Shown piece by piece: positions 49,701 to 63,600 of a stretch of 64,000 nucleotides of DNA (position 1 is its first letter; every line of letters begins with the position of its first letter). The notes beneath the pieces were generated by a model, which worked only from the letters and a program-made list of their open reading frames with translations, did no database searches and was not told the origin of the DNA. Origin of the DNA: Tubiluchus corallicola (lineage: Eukaryota > Animalia > Priapulida); contig JAQGDQ010000555.1 of assembly GCA_030141605.1 (NCBI GenBank), positions 78,948 to 142,947 on the forward strand. The letters run 5' to 3'. The position numbers and the translations under genes were made by a program.

Positions 49701-50502
49701 GCTCAATTACTACTACACATTTTAAGCAATGTCGAATATTACTTCTGGATGATGTTATTAATTTTAATGGATGTATATACATGTATAGAACCAACAACAA
49801 CTTATTTCCAACTTTTTTTGAAAATCCAGTCAAGATAAATGTAAAAAAATACAATACCAGACATAATGAATATATACCAAGACGTTGTAGAACAATTATG
49901 GCGAAACACTTCATTAGCTATATGGGACCAGTCCTATGGAACAAACTAAGCTGCAATTCGAAATGTAGTCACTTTTCAAACTTTCTACTTTGAAATACCT
50001 TTCAACTTTTAAAAAAACCGTCAGAAAAGAAATATTTCAAAAGTATTAAGAGTAACACAATTTGATAATGGTAATAACCTGCATTCTTTTTCCACAGTAA
50101 TCTTAATATAACGTGACTATGCTCAACAGGTTACTGAACACTTTATAATCATGATCACAGTTTTTCTTAGTTCTCGCTCCATTTCATCTTTCATTCACTA
50201 CTCCCCCCCCACACTTTTATGTATATATATTATCATTATTCATTATTTCAATTATTAATCATTTTTTTAAGATCTCCACGTACAGTTTGGCTTGTCAAGC
50301 TATGCTTCTAGGCTCAAACTGTATGTATCAAAATTATTCTGTAAGGTAATTTGCACATGTATATGCTCCATTTTGTAATTTCTCCATAATACTGCATTTA
50401 TTTATATTTATATTTATATTAACTTAAATGGATAATTATGCGTATATTAACAATTGTAAGATGCAATGTGGAAAATGAATAAACTCTTGAAACTCTTGAA
50501 AC
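46758..50502 (+). mobile_element. CR1/L2-group LINE: PHD finger + APE endonuclease + RT, inactivated
   Basis: C4HC3 PHD; NIRS, SETWL, GGGV, IYRPP, GDYN and TDHLP endonuclease motifs; RT FADD. Frameshift at the poly-T near 47835 and stop at 48422; tail AATAAACTCTTGAAACTCTTGAAAC. Confidence 0.93.
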
Positions 50503-50993
50503 CCCGAAGTGTCATTAGTAGCTATTTCATCACACGTGTGTTTATCATGCTGCCCTCTATCATCACTGTCATCTTGCCATAACTATAGCGTTTTTGATAT
50601 AATATCATTAAAATGATATTAGGTCATGTTTTTCTGTTTTCCCACAAATCTGGCACTCTGCTGCCTTTGATATAGAAGTAAAACTCTGTGGTGCAGCAGT
50701 TTTGGTTGGTGGATAATATTCTTTAGGAAGGGCAAATGAAGGTGAATAGAAAACTATGACATCTTGGTGTCCCAGTGGCCTTTGCAAACACACTTTCTGT
50801 ACTTTTTGTCTTTCATGGGACAGAATTTTATACAGTATTGTTAATATTAATAATTTGGTAAGGTTAAGCTGCATATACTGTGTGAATATCGAAATAGCAG
50901 GTTCGAGTAAGTACAGCAGTACACCATTAGTTGTTACCTGTGTAATTATCAAAAATGTTTTTATACTTTGTAATTTTTTCCCTGTCTTTGCAG

Positions 50994-52295
50994 CTAATGA
51001 TAATGGACGATGCTAAGCTTATGCAGTATGCCAGCCTGAAGACTGAACAAGTGGAAAAAACTTGTAGTGTTACTGGAACAATGGACACGGGCATGCAAAC
51101 TGACAACATGTCTATCAAAACTGAACCAAATGAGCCACCATCAGCTGCTGACGAAGGCGGAAAGATAGAAGATATTCCGTCTAAGTCAGCTTCTTGTGAA
51201 GATGAAACAAACGTTGATTCTTTGAGTAATTTAAATTATCAAAAAGCAGATGAAACTGTAAAAGAACAGTTATTCGAATGCAGCGAGTGTGGACAGACGT
51301 TCACTTGTTCTTTGCTTTTGAAACAACATCTGACCATTCATTTGGATCAGTCAACACTGATGAACAAGAGAAAGATTTTCACAAATTCGGAGAAGGTTGT
51401 TGATTGTCGTCAATCGGAGACAGCTTACAGCTATTCAAGAAGTTTGAAAAAACATGAACTTAGTGCTGGAAAAAGCTGTTCGAAAAGAAAGCAAAATACT
51501 GAAAAGTGTGTGACATGTGATGAGTGTGGAGTTTCTTTCAAAGACTCACAGTGTTTAAAATCTCACAGCAAAACTCATACAGGCAAAAAACCCTTTAAGT
51601 GTAGTCAGTGCAGTGCTAGCTTCGCTTCTGCCAGTTACATAAAAATCCATTTAAGAACACATTCTGGAGAAAAACCCTTTAAGTGTCAGCAATGTGATGC
51701 TGCTTTCAATCAATTGAGCCATTTGAATCGACATGTTAAAGGTCATTCAGGAGAAAAGCCTTTTAAGTGTGAATACTGTGACTCGGCTTTTACACGACCA
51801 AGCAAATTGAAAGCACATACAAGAATCCACACAGGGGAGACACCTTTTAAGTGTGAATATTGTGATCTTGCCTTTAGTCAGTTAATAAATTTGAAGCAAC
51901 ATGTTAAATCTCACATTGGAGAAAAGCCAGCTAAGTCAGAAGAAAAACCCTTTGTGTGTACGGAGTGTGCAGCTGCATTTCCTCGCTTAGCGAATTTGCA
52001 AATTCATATCAGAATTCACACTGGAGAAAAACCATTTAAGTGTGATCATTGTGCTGCTGCTTTTGCTCATTCTAGCCACTTAAAAACGCATCTAAGAATT
52101 CACACTGGAGAAAAGCCTTTCATATGCGAAAAGTGTGGTGCTACTTTTACTCGATTAGACCATCTAAAGAAACATTTAAGAACTCATACAGGGGAAAAAC
52201 CTTATCAGTGTTGTCAGTGTAGTATTAGTTTTGCTGAATCAAGTAATTTAAAACAACATTTAAAAACTCACAGTCATAAAAAGTGTTGTAAGTGA
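50994..52295 (+). CDS. C2H2 zinc-finger protein (about 10 fingers), main coding exon
   Basis: Tandem CxxC...HxxxH fingers with TGEKPF linkers; acceptor ttgcag at 50993. Confidence 0.92.
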   Translation, partial: LMIMDDAKLMQYASLKTEQVEKTCSVTGTMDTGMQTDNMSIKTEPNEPPSAADEGGKIEDIPSKSASCEDETNVDSLSNLNYQKADETVKEQLFECSECGQTFTCSLLLKQHLTIHLDQSTLMNKRKIFTNSEKVVDCRQSETAYSYSRSLKKHELSAGKSCSKRKQNTEKCVTCDECGVSFKDSQCLKSHSKTHTGKKPFKCSQCSASFASASYIKIHLRTHSGEKPFKCQQCDAAFNQLSHLNRHVKGHSGEKPFKCEYCDSAFTRPSKLKAHTRIHTGETPFKCEYCDLAFSQLINLKQHVKSHIGEKPAKSEEKPFVCTECAAAFPRLANLQIHIRIHTGEKPFKCDHCAAAFAHSSHLKTHLRIHTGEKPFICEKCGATFTRLDHLKKHLRTHTGEKPYQCCQCSISFAESSNLKQHLKTHSHKKCCK

Positions 52296-53889
52296 CATGA
52301 ATTTAATGCAGCTGTCAAATAAAAAACAATGTGTAGAGCAATCATTTAATTGTTTTTGTAGAAACCGTAGCTCGTGTGTGTGATGCTTTAAGCGACATGT
52401 TGAAAATGATAGTAAATAATGAAAATATGGTAACATCCTGTGACAATAAAACACGTTTGCAAATTATTTTTGCTTTTATCCTTGACACAGGTAAGTGTCA
52501 GGATTATTATTTTAATTTTTACAGAGTGAACATTGTACAGGACATTATAAAAAAACAGTCTTTCAGCAAACAACATTAACAAAATAGTAGTTTACCAAGG
52601 CGAGGTCTTCTCCAGTACTTGGGTAGAACCGGTCCTTCCTCACGCACGTTAGTAATGCAGCAGAATTCGGTCTCCAGTGGAAGTTGGCTAAGTTAGCGTC
52701 TCTCTCAGTCTACTTCGTGGGCAGCAGGTAGCCTTTTCCAGGAAGTCTCCACAGCTTTCCATCAAACTGGCAGGACAGGATCTCTTGAGATCGGATTATA
52801 AGAAGATCATCTCCTCCTAGTTCCCACGCAGAACGGGAGCGATTTAGATCACCGAACGTGAAGTCACAGGTGACTGTATCTTCATCCAACGTAAAGGTAA
52901 TTAGGCTGTGTAATGAATGCCTAATTTAACAAATGTCTCTCAGTAATTGTGTAACTGACGAGGTTTCACCAGCAAAGGAAGAACATCGTCCACCAACGAA
53001 TAAGAAGAACATAATAATGAACCAACCATCCATTTCTCGTTCAGTCATCGTATGAAAGAAACCATGATATAGTTATATCTGACCATTTCTCAACACGGCC
53101 ATTCTACTCTCCCTGCCACATAGGCCAATACGTCTAATATCCAGGCCTCGAAAGCTAGCCGACCAATCAGAAACGAGTTCCGGGTGAAGTGACCTCAGTA
53201 GTACAGCGACGAAGCTTTCACATTTGTTCAAACACGGGCATAATATTATCATGGAAAAGATTGTTGCTAAACGTATTTTCGCTTGAAAAATACAAGTCAT
53301 GTTGAAACGAAACGAATTTCATCTTCTTCTGCCTAATTACATATTTAAGGTAGCTTAACAGAAAAATGGCTTCATTTAATGGTAACTTCATCGAAAATAA
53401 TGCTAATCTTGACTAAAGATGGCAGCACAAGATTGGAACATTAAATCAATACATCAATATTATCAGTCGTTAGGTAAATAATTCGTGATACCATTTAGGT
53501 TAATACTTTAAGTGAAAAATAATTAGTAGCAGTAATCTGCTACATGGGGGACCATCACAGACTAATAGCTGTTTTTTCTTGCAAGGACTTGGCATTGTTG
53601 CATATCTGTTTTACTTGCAATATTATTTTAATTACATAATAAAAAATGGTTTGACAGTAGGTTTATTTGGGGTTTTGCAAAATGACCACTGGCCATTTTC
53701 AAAGCTTACAAAAGCTCTACAACAACATCTGAAGACCTAAAGTTAAACTAATTTGTACGACTAAATGCACAGTTGATATATTGCATTGACATGAATGGTT
53801 GGAAGGAAAAGTGATGTAATATTCTGTCCCTGTTTGCTCGTTACTGGAACTGTGAGGCTCTGGAGTCATCAATGCTGAAATTATTAAAA

Positions 53890-54700
53890 TTATTTATTTA
53901 TTCAATGAGTTAAAACAATAAGACATATAAGACCATAAAACGATCATAAAAGCACTCGAGAAAAGGGGAGGATGAAGTTAAAACATATTTTCCTTTTCCT
54001 ATTAGTTGTCATTATTCCATACAAATCTAATTGTTTTGATCTTGTTATTATATTATATTACACATTACATCACACAAACACACTCATGAAATAGTATAAA
54101 TATAAACTAGATTATATCACATGTGTTACACTAAATGATACATATTGAATTAGATTTTACTTCTAAAATTGTTTTCGTACATAAAATTACAAATTACATA
54201 ACATACTATACTAAATGGTTATCACAGTATTTTTTAAATTTTTCACTAATGCAATCATAGCTTTAGCAGCTGCCGATTTAAACCTTTTTTAAACATACTG
54301 AAAATTCTACTTTCTTTGGTTTCTTATCCAGGTCATTCCGTAGCTGAATATCAAAAACTGATACACCGATTTCTTGTCCTTAGAGATATTTTTAGTAATC
54401 ATTCTGGCATGTTCCAACAATTTTTGCTCATTTTCTGGAAACTCATTTTTTTCACCTTTGTACACTACCAAATGCAGTTTTGAGATTTTACAAATGCTTT
54501 AACTTTAGAGCTTTCTATTTACAAAACAAGTGACATAATCACCAACTTTGTATCGAAATGACTGACAAAGAAGTTGACTAAATGCTGGATTCTTTTTGAA
54601 GCATTAGTGGATGATCTATGTAATCACACTGCCAATAAGCGGTATTTTAATATTATGAGTAAAAAAATGCAATTTGAGTAGATGAGTTCTGTGTTACGAT
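53890..54700 (-). mobile_element. Highly decayed L2/CR1-like 3' fragment
   Basis: Remnant post-RT motifs and an AATAAA-rich end on the minus strand. Confidence 0.35.
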
Positions 54701-56069
54701 ATAAATTTCTATCCAACGTAGTACAAATTTTTCAAACCAATACACGGGGATCACCACATCAGGAGAAGCCTGACCAGGACATGGGTTATTGTTTCTTGAC
54801 CATGAAACCCAGCCAGGCGTTGTTAGATGCACGGCATCGCATGAATAACCATATCACAAGAAAGCTGAATATATCTCCAAATACTTTCAGGACTCGAAAC
54901 ATACATTTTCTAACCCTTAATGTTTTAAGTTTAAGTTTGTTTATTTCCACACTGCATCTTACAATTATAATAAAAATACAGATGATTTTCCACTGCAGTA
55001 AATGTAAATAAAAATGCAATATAATCCAGAAATTACAAAACAGATTCTTATGCACCATATACATTTGGTATCCTTATCCCTTAAATGCTGCCTAGTTGAG
55101 CCATTCATTATACATGTATTTCTACTAAAGCGCTTATGGTGGCTATTTTCAATAAATCATTTTGAATAACCCTGAAACACCATTTTTGATAAATTACACT
55201 TTTTATGCACTTTTATATCAATTGTTAATATATTGTTATTGTCAATTGAAACACCGTTTTGCTGGTAGATTATATTCACTTTTATGTCAACCGGTAATAC
55301 GCTGTTTTCTGGTAAATTTATTGTCAAAAGCACTTATTACCAGCTGATTTAAAAGTGTGTTTTATATCAGTGTTTCAAAGTCTTTCAGGCATTTGGTTTC
55401 AAATAGGCCGCCAGTGCTGCTTTAAAGTCAGAATAACTCAAGGTGGAATTTAAGAGAGCACAAATGCAGTACCAGCTGATATAAAAGTGAATGATTGTCA
55501 AAGTAAAAAATAGGCAATCATTTTCCCCTTCCCATGACTTCTATACCACTCTGTCGTGTTAGAGTAATAGTTACAGTAATTTTTTCTTCGCTTCATAAAC
55601 TTAATACAGTAGTTTTGATATTTATACACATTATACAGATAAATATGAGCAAAGATGACAAAAGACCATACGGTCGTCGAGTCAGTCACCTCCAGTTAGA
55701 TGCTAGTAACATTAACATTGTGCTAGGAGCAATTAGCGAAAGTCATAAGTACATTAATTCATAAAAATAAAAATGCAAATATGTATATAAACATACATTA
55801 CCGAAATGCATCCTTATAGATACATACACTGAGAATGAGATTAGAGAATTGAATGACAATAATAAGAAGAATGAGATCATTTAATACAGTCCTAACAAAC
55901 TTATTGAATTTACAGTAAATTGGAAAAGGAGTGCCTATTTTTTACTTTTGAAAGAACATATCAGCAGCTTGATTGACATTCACACAGGCTTTATTAAAGT
56001 CTTATTTCTTATTCAGCAGATTTAAAAACAATCTGAACTTAACAGTACATGCTACTTTGCTTCACTAGT

Positions 56070-56421
56070 TGTTGTGTTTTGTAGGTTCGTAGAGAAAACC
56101 AGAAAACATATCATCAAATTAAACTAGTTTATTAAGCGAGAATTCTACAACACAAAAGTGTGAAGGAACGCGAAATGATTACACTAAACGTGAAAATCTG
56201 GAAAACGTTTGAGTGTATCTGAAAATGCAAGTATACAAGAGAATGTGTAAGTGGTGGCGTCCGTGTGAATCCGTGTGCTCGTCACAGCTGCCTGCTTCGC
56301 CTTATATAGCTTACCCAAGAAGTTTTGTTCCAAAACATTCTCCACGGTAAGACGATTATTCTAACGGAACATTCTAAAATGTTCTATGTAATTCTAAAAG
56401 ATGCCAGCGATCTCCACAACA
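56070..56421 (-). mobile_element. Solo LTR, 352 bp, 5-bp TSD CTAGT (BEL/Pao- or copia-like)
   Basis: Termini TGTTGTG...CACAACA; CTAGT at 56065-56069 and 56422-56426; minus-strand TATA (about 56305) upstream of AATAAA (about 56130). Confidence 0.88.
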
Positions 56422-57625
56422 CTAGTTTTCTTCATTGCTAGCTATTTGATTAAAGTGAGTTTAGATACTGCCAGTGTACTCGTGCTCATTGAATATTGAT
56501 TAAGGTTTATTTTGCACTTTTGTATCATTTGCATGATATTTTGTACATATGATAGTGATCATTTGCGTGTGTTTTCTACAATTGCTTGCCATCCATCTTA
56601 TTTTAATTAATTCTTTGGCCTTTTATTATTTACTTTTACGCTCAATTTATTTTTAATAATTATGCTCATTCACCATGCAGAGATTGGCAGTTTCACTAGT
56701 TAGGAATGGCAGACTAGATGACCATTTTGGTCTTTCACCAGCCCACTCTTCTTTAAAATATTGTCGAATATTGCTATTGTTTATTTTTGTATTTTTTGGA
56801 AACAAACAAAAAATAAGTTAAATTATTCGAAATTCTAACTACAGAAGATAAAAAAAACATGTAATATGACAAAAAATGTCATCGATATGGACGAGTGAAA
56901 GTTTTCATCAATTACGCCTCGTTTTCCTCATAATCGTGGTGTTTTCACGGTCATGTTGATAAACAAACTACGTTGAATACCCCTATACCACAAGTACGTT
57001 ACCTCTAAAGATCTCTTGTCTTGTTTTATGCAATACAAAGCGAAGGAAAAACTTCACCTCAGATGATACGAATTAGACGATAACACTATTCTGTTGGCGC
57101 TTGCTGATCCTCAACCTCGGGGTTCGATACCACGAAGCGTACAACTTCGTGTGACACCCATATAGCAGCGTTTGTCTATAATAAATATAACGTAAGTGCG
57201 AGAGTCACTTTAATTATATATTTACAATATAATTTTTTAACCTCGTCATATACAATATGTATATTTGTTTAATAGTGTAATTGACGTCTGCCATAGTGAA
57301 AGCATTAAATATATTCTGATGTAAGACCTATGATTGTGCTAAACCATTCATTTATTCTCTTTGTATATTGTCATATTGTATTGTATTGTCTGTCACTTTT
57401 TTTCACATGCCTTCTTCAAATCCCATGCGTTGTCAATTAATACCATCCAATTTATAGCATAAGGTCTTGGGATTCGTAATGTGTGATGTATATTGGTTTT
57501 CAGAAGACGTTACCTGCTTTTGCTATTGGATCTAAATGTAACATAAGAACTAAGATCGTGTTGCTATAGTGGTACAGGCTGCGTTCTATAAGGATGGTTT
57601 ATTACAGCTATTTTTACTTTTACAG

Positions 57626-58535
57626 AATAACAATTTTGAAATGGATGTTCCGGTAGTTCCTGTGCATAAAACTGGTGGGAAAAGTCACATGGTTGTGAAT
57701 CACGACTGTATAGCTGTTGAAGTTGAATATGATGGTTCTGATGTTAGACCTCAAGACTGTAATGTTATTGAAAGTGATGAAGCGATTAGTAGAAAGATTT
57801 TTCCAGAAAACGTTTTCGACAATCAGAGAAATCTTCAACAGTTTTCAAAAAACGAATTTGAGGAACAAATCTTTATGTGTGGGAAATGCGAGCACATATT
57901 CATGACATCTTTTGATTTGAAAGAACATCTGAAAGGTCATGAAAAGGAAAAGCCATTTAAGTGTGATAAGTGTTGTGCTGCATTTAGCATATAGTAAATC
58001 ATACTGGAGAAAAACCTTATAGGTGCAGTGAATGTGGACGTAAGTTTGTAACACCAAGCAAATTGAAAACCCATTGTAAGATTCATTTGGAAATAAAGCC
58101 ACATAAGTGCAACAAATGTGAAGCCAGGTTTCCTTACTCATCTAACTTAAAGTTGCATTTGTTGACTCATACAAAAGGAAGCCCTATATTTGCGTTCACT
58201 GCGGAGCTGTGTTTCCTTGATCGTGTTCTTTGACGTTTCATCTCAGAATCCACACATGAGAAAAACCTTATAAATGTAATCAGTGTGAAGCGGCATTTAT
58301 CCACAAAGCTTCTTTAAAAACGCTCCTCATAAATCATACTGGAATGAAACCTTTTAAATGTTCAGACTGTGACTCGTCTTTTTCTCAACTTCGCTATTTG
58401 AAACATCATCAATTTAGAATGCACACAAATGTCAAACCATTTAAATGTACCTATTGTCAGGCAGCTTTTCCTGAATCTGGTGATTTAATTCAACATTTAC
58501 GAGTTCATACAAAATTAACATTTATTTTTTCATAA
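57626..58535 (+). pseudogene. C2H2 zinc-finger pseudogene
   Basis: Finger and linker motifs interrupted by stops and frameshifts (about 57990, 58185, 58220, 58257). Confidence 0.85.
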
Positions 58536-59212
58536 ATTATTTCAATTATAAAATTAGAATTCACCCAATAGGATGCAAATCTATGCAAAAGTCGAAAAAT
58601 CGTAAAAGAACTTCATTCATTGACAAAACAGAAAACCAAGATACGCAGGCGAATATGAAATATAGCCGTCTTCACAGACATGCCACGTAGTGATTGGCTG
58701 CATTTCTTTAAAGGACAAGAAAAGAGATACCTTAAGTATGTTTCAGAAAAAATCGCCTTAAAAATTATATAACTTTATATAATTATTATATATGTACAGT
58801 ATGTCCTGCTATTTTTTAAACCTTGAAAATATATAATGATATATATATATATATAGATTGTATTGCTGTATGTATTTTTATTTATTTATTTCATTTTTGC
58901 TCACAAATTGGATAATGCTCTAAATTGCTCATATTATGTGTTGGATCAACATAGACAGTTTGTTATTTTGCCATTTTTATTGGACAATAAACTACTAATG
59001 CTACTATTAAAAGTCAAACGCATGAGAAAAGAGCAGCAAAGGGCACCCAGAACTGCTGAAACCCTACAACGTGAAGAATTACATCTCACGGTTAGCAGAA
59101 AAATAATTTCAAATAACAATTTACTACATTTAAAAGTTAATTACAGTTTGCCGTTAGTCAACGTAGGACAATGAAGTATTATAACAGCTATTCTTGCAAC
59201 ATTGTAACTCAT

Positions 59213-60169
59213 TTAACTATTGTAGTACTCCAAGACACTGCCTAATCCCTTGTACAGTGAAAACATACATACTATCATTCTCACGTCACGAACTGGAGCT
59301 ACACCATTTACCAACCTATGCCATGTTGCATGTACATCACTTTCAGCTAATCTATTACCATAATACCTCACAGAATCGATCCAGTCCAAATAATAAGAAA
59401 TCTTTACAGCCACAGTCATTCTCACAACGCTGCTGTAACGACCAGACAATACACCAATTACCTCTCCTGTGCTTCTTAATACCATCGGTCCTCCAGAATC
59501 ACCTGGAGTAATAGTACGTCCTGTATAATATGCGCAAATAAGAACAGATGAGTTAACTGGACTACATCTGCCATCAGTATACACTATTAGTGATGCCTTT
59601 GTCTTTGAGCCTGGCAACCCTTCTATTCCCCATCCAACTATTGTAACTTCTTCATTGCGATAGTGACTTCTGTAGCAAGCAGGCAAAGTGGCGGGTTGTA
59701 GATCATCCGTAAACTGAACAGGTTCATTCATTCGAACTAGAGCAATATCATGCTCCCCCTCACGCCAAATCATTCCCCCAGTAAAATTTGGGTTGGTATT
59801 ATAACCGGGGTGCATCTTGTACCAAGACATCCAACGTTCTACCCTTGTCTCAAACAAGTTATTGCTTCCCATGTAAATTTTCGTCTGTTCTCCTACGCTT
59901 GCATCTAAAACACAGTGAGCTGCTGTCAATATCCACAAGTTATCTATTAGAAAGCCTGAACAAATAGTAAAACCCCAGTCAAAAAAGAATCCAACAAAGT
60001 ATGTAAATTCCCTCCCTGTTACTTTCTGTCCTCCTTCTATCTTTGGTTCAGCTGGCAATCCTGAAACATTGTCAGATGGAACTCTGGAAGATGGAGATGA
60101 TGTAGACAGAGTTTCACAAAACAAGAACCACGTGGCACACACAAACAAAACACCAGCAATTAAATTCAT
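59213..60169 (-). CDS. Secreted S1 (chymotrypsin-fold) serine protease, intronless
   Basis: Signal peptide, K/IEGG activation site, TAAHC, DIAL, GDSGGP. Confidence 0.93.
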   Translation of the reverse strand: MNLIAGVLFVCATWFLFCETLSTSSPSSRVPSDNVSGLPAEPKIEGGQKVTGREFTYFVGFFFDWGFTICSGFLIDNLWILTAAHCVLDASVGEQTKIYMGSNNLFETRVERWMSWYKMHPGYNTNPNFTGGMIWREGEHDIALVRMNEPVQFTDDLQPATLPACYRSHYRNEEVTIVGWGIEGLPGSKTKASLIVYTDGRCSPVNSSVLICAYYTGRTITPGDSGGPMVLRSTGEVIGVLSGRYSSVVRMTVAVKISYYLDWIDSVRYYGNRLAESDVHATWHRLVNGVAPVRDVRMIVCMFSLYKGLGSVLEYYNS

Positions 60170-60672
60170 TTAGGCTTTTTCAGTCCTCGAGACTAAGTAT
60201 TTTGATGGCACCATAACACACCCAGTTACTACCGAGAACTGTCAACATTCATTATTACATCATGTCTTAATCCTTCATTATAGGCTGGGCTTCTACACGT
60301 GAACTTTGAATAAAAAATCTCAATAACTTCAATCAATATTTGTCACTGATACTTTTTTTGTATGAACAAGGCAGAAATTAAACAAAATAAAAAAGCCGCC
60401 ATAATGGTTAATGGCTGGATTCATAAATTGCACAAGCTGCATAAGAAAGAACTCAAAAATACAGACAGATTCTATTTGACGTCATAATAGAGAAACGCAG
60501 AACATGAAAGAAGAAGTAGACGTCATTAATGAGATGACATCAGAGCACGAGTGTAGAAGTGTTCAGATTTTATTCTTGCAAAGCACTAGCGAAAAAGTAT
60601 ACTGAATTTATTCTTTCAGAGCATGAGTGTAACAAGTATAACCAGTATAGAGAATTCACTATTGTAATTTGT

Positions 60673-63600
60673 AAAGCACGAGTGTATGACATGTGTGAGG
60701 AGAAAAATACAAATTTATTTTAACAAAGCACGAGTGTATGGCATGGGTGGGGAGAAAAATACAAATTTATTTTAACAAAGCACGAGTGTATGACGTGTGG
60801 GGAGAAGCGTACAGAATTTATTTTAGCAAAGCACGAGTGTATGGCATGGGTGGGGAGAAAAATACAAATTTATTTTAACAAAGCACGAGTGTATGACGTG
60901 TGGGGAGAAGCGTACAGAATTTATTTTAGCACAGTACTTGTGTATGACACGGTGGAGAGGAAAATACAAATTTATTTTAACAAAGCACGAGTGTATGACG
61001 TGTGGGGAGAAGCGTACAGAATTTATTTTAGCAAAGAACTTGTGTATGACACGGTGGAGAGGAAAATACAAATTTATTTTAGCAAAGCACGAGTGTATGA
61101 CATGGTGGGGAGAAAAATACAAATTTATTTTAACAAAGCATGAGTGTATGACATGTGTGGGGAGAAAAATACAAATTTATTTTAGCAAAGCACGAATGTA
61201 TGACATGGTGGGGAGAAAAATACAAATTTATTTTAACAAAACACGAGTGTATGACGTGTGGGGAGAAAAGTACAAATTTATTTTAACAAAGCACGAGTGT
61301 ATGACATGTGTGGGGAGAAAAATACAGAATTTGTTTTAGCAAAACACGAGTGTATGACATGTGGGGGGAGAAAAATACAAATTTATTTTAGCAAAGCATG
61401 AGTGTATGACGTGTGGGGAGAAGCGTACAGAATTTATTTTAGCAAAGTACTTGTGTATGACACGGTGGAGAGGAAAATACAAATTTATTTTAACAAAGCA
61501 CGAGTGTATGACGTGTGGGGAGAAAAGTACAAATTTATTTTAACAAAGCACGAGTGTATGACATGTGTGGGGAAAAAAATACAGAATTTATTTTAGCAAA
61601 ACACGAGTGTATGACATGTGGGGGGAGAAAAATGCAAATTTATTTTAACAAAGCACGAGTGTATGACGTGTGGGGAGAAGCGTACAGAATTTATTTTAGC
61701 AAAGAACTTGTGTATGACACGGTGGAGAGGAAAATACAAATTTATTTTAGCAAAGCACGAGTGTATGACATGGTGGGGAGAAAAATACAAATTTATTTTA
61801 ACAAAGCATGAGTGTATGACATGTGTGGGGAGAAAAATACAAATTTATTTTAGCAAAGCACGAGTGTATGACATGTGTGGGGAGAAAAATACAAATTTAT
61901 TTAAATAAAGCACGAGTGTATGATATGTGTGGGGAGAAAAATACAAATTTATTTTAACAAAACACGAGTGTATGACATGTGTGGGGAGAAAAATACAAAT
62001 TTATTTTAACAAAGCACGAGTGTATGACATGTGTGGGGAGAAGTGTACAGAATTTATTTTAGCAAAGCACGAGTGTATGATATGTTTGGGGAGAAAAATA
62101 CAAATTTATTTTAACAAAACACGAGTGTATGACACGGTGGAGAGGAAAATACAAATTTATTTTAACAAAGCACGAGTGTATGACGTGTGGGGAGAAAAGT
62201 ACAAATTTATTTTAACAAAGCACGAGTGTATGACATGTGTGGGGAAAAAAATACAGAATTTATTTTAGCAAAACACGAGTGTATGACATGTGGGGGGAGA
62301 AAAATGCAAATTTATTTTAACAAAGCACGAGTGTATGACGTGTGGGGAGAAGCGTACAGAATTTATTTTAGCAAAGTACTTGTGTATGACACGGTGGAGA
62401 GGAAAGTACAAATTTATTTTGGCAAAGCACGAGTGTATGCCATGTGTGTGAAGAAAAATACAAATTTATTTTAACAAAGCACGAGTGTATGACACGGTGG
62501 AGAGGAAAATACAAATTTATTTTAACAAAGCACGAGTGTATGACGTGTGTGGGGAGAAAAATACAGAATTTGTTTTAGCAAAACACGAGTGTATGACATG
62601 TGGGGGGAGAAAAATGCAAATTTATTTTAACAAAGCACGAGTGTATGACATGTGTGGGGAGGAAAATACAAATTTATTTTAACAAAGCACGAGTGTATGA
62701 CATGTGGGGGGAGAAAAATACAAATTTATTTTAACAAAGCACGAGTGTATGACATGTGGGGGGAGAAAAATACAAATTTATTTTAACAAAGCACGAGTGT
62801 ATGACATGTGGGGGGAGAAAAATACAAATTTATTTTAACAAAGCACGAGTGTATGACATGTGGGGGGAGAAAAATACAGAATTTATTTTAACAAAGCACG
62901 AGTGTATGACATGTGTGGGGAGAAAAATACAAATTTATTTTAACAAAGCACGAGTGTATGACATGTGGGGGGAGAAAAATACAAATTTATTTTAACAAAG
63001 CATGAGTGTATGATATGTGTGGGAGAAAAATACAGAATTTACTTTAACAAAACACGAGTGTATGGCATGTGTGGGGAGGAAAATACAAATTTATTTTAGC
63101 AAAGCACGAATGTATGACATGGTGGGGAGAAAAATACAAATTTATTTTAACAAAACACGAGTGTATGACGTGTGGGGAGAAAAATACAAATTTATTTAAA
63201 CAAAACACGAGTGTATGACATGTGTGGGGAGAAAAATGCAAATTTATTTTAGCAAAACACGAGTGTATGACATGCGGGGGGAGAAAAATACAAATTTATT
63301 TTAACAAAGCATGAGTGTATGACGTGTGGGGAGAAGCGTACAGAATTTATTTTAGCAAAGTACTTGTGTATGACACGGTGGAGAGGAAAATACAAATTTA
63401 TTTTAACAAAGCACGAGTGTATGACGTGTGGGGAGAAAAGTACAAATTTATTTTAACAAAGCACGAGTGTATGACATGTGTGGGGAAAAAAATACAGAAT
63501 TTATTTTAGCAAAACACGAGTGTATGACATGTGGGGGGAGAAAAATGCAAATTTATTTTAACAAAGCACGAGTGTATGACGTGTGGGGAGAAGCGTACAG

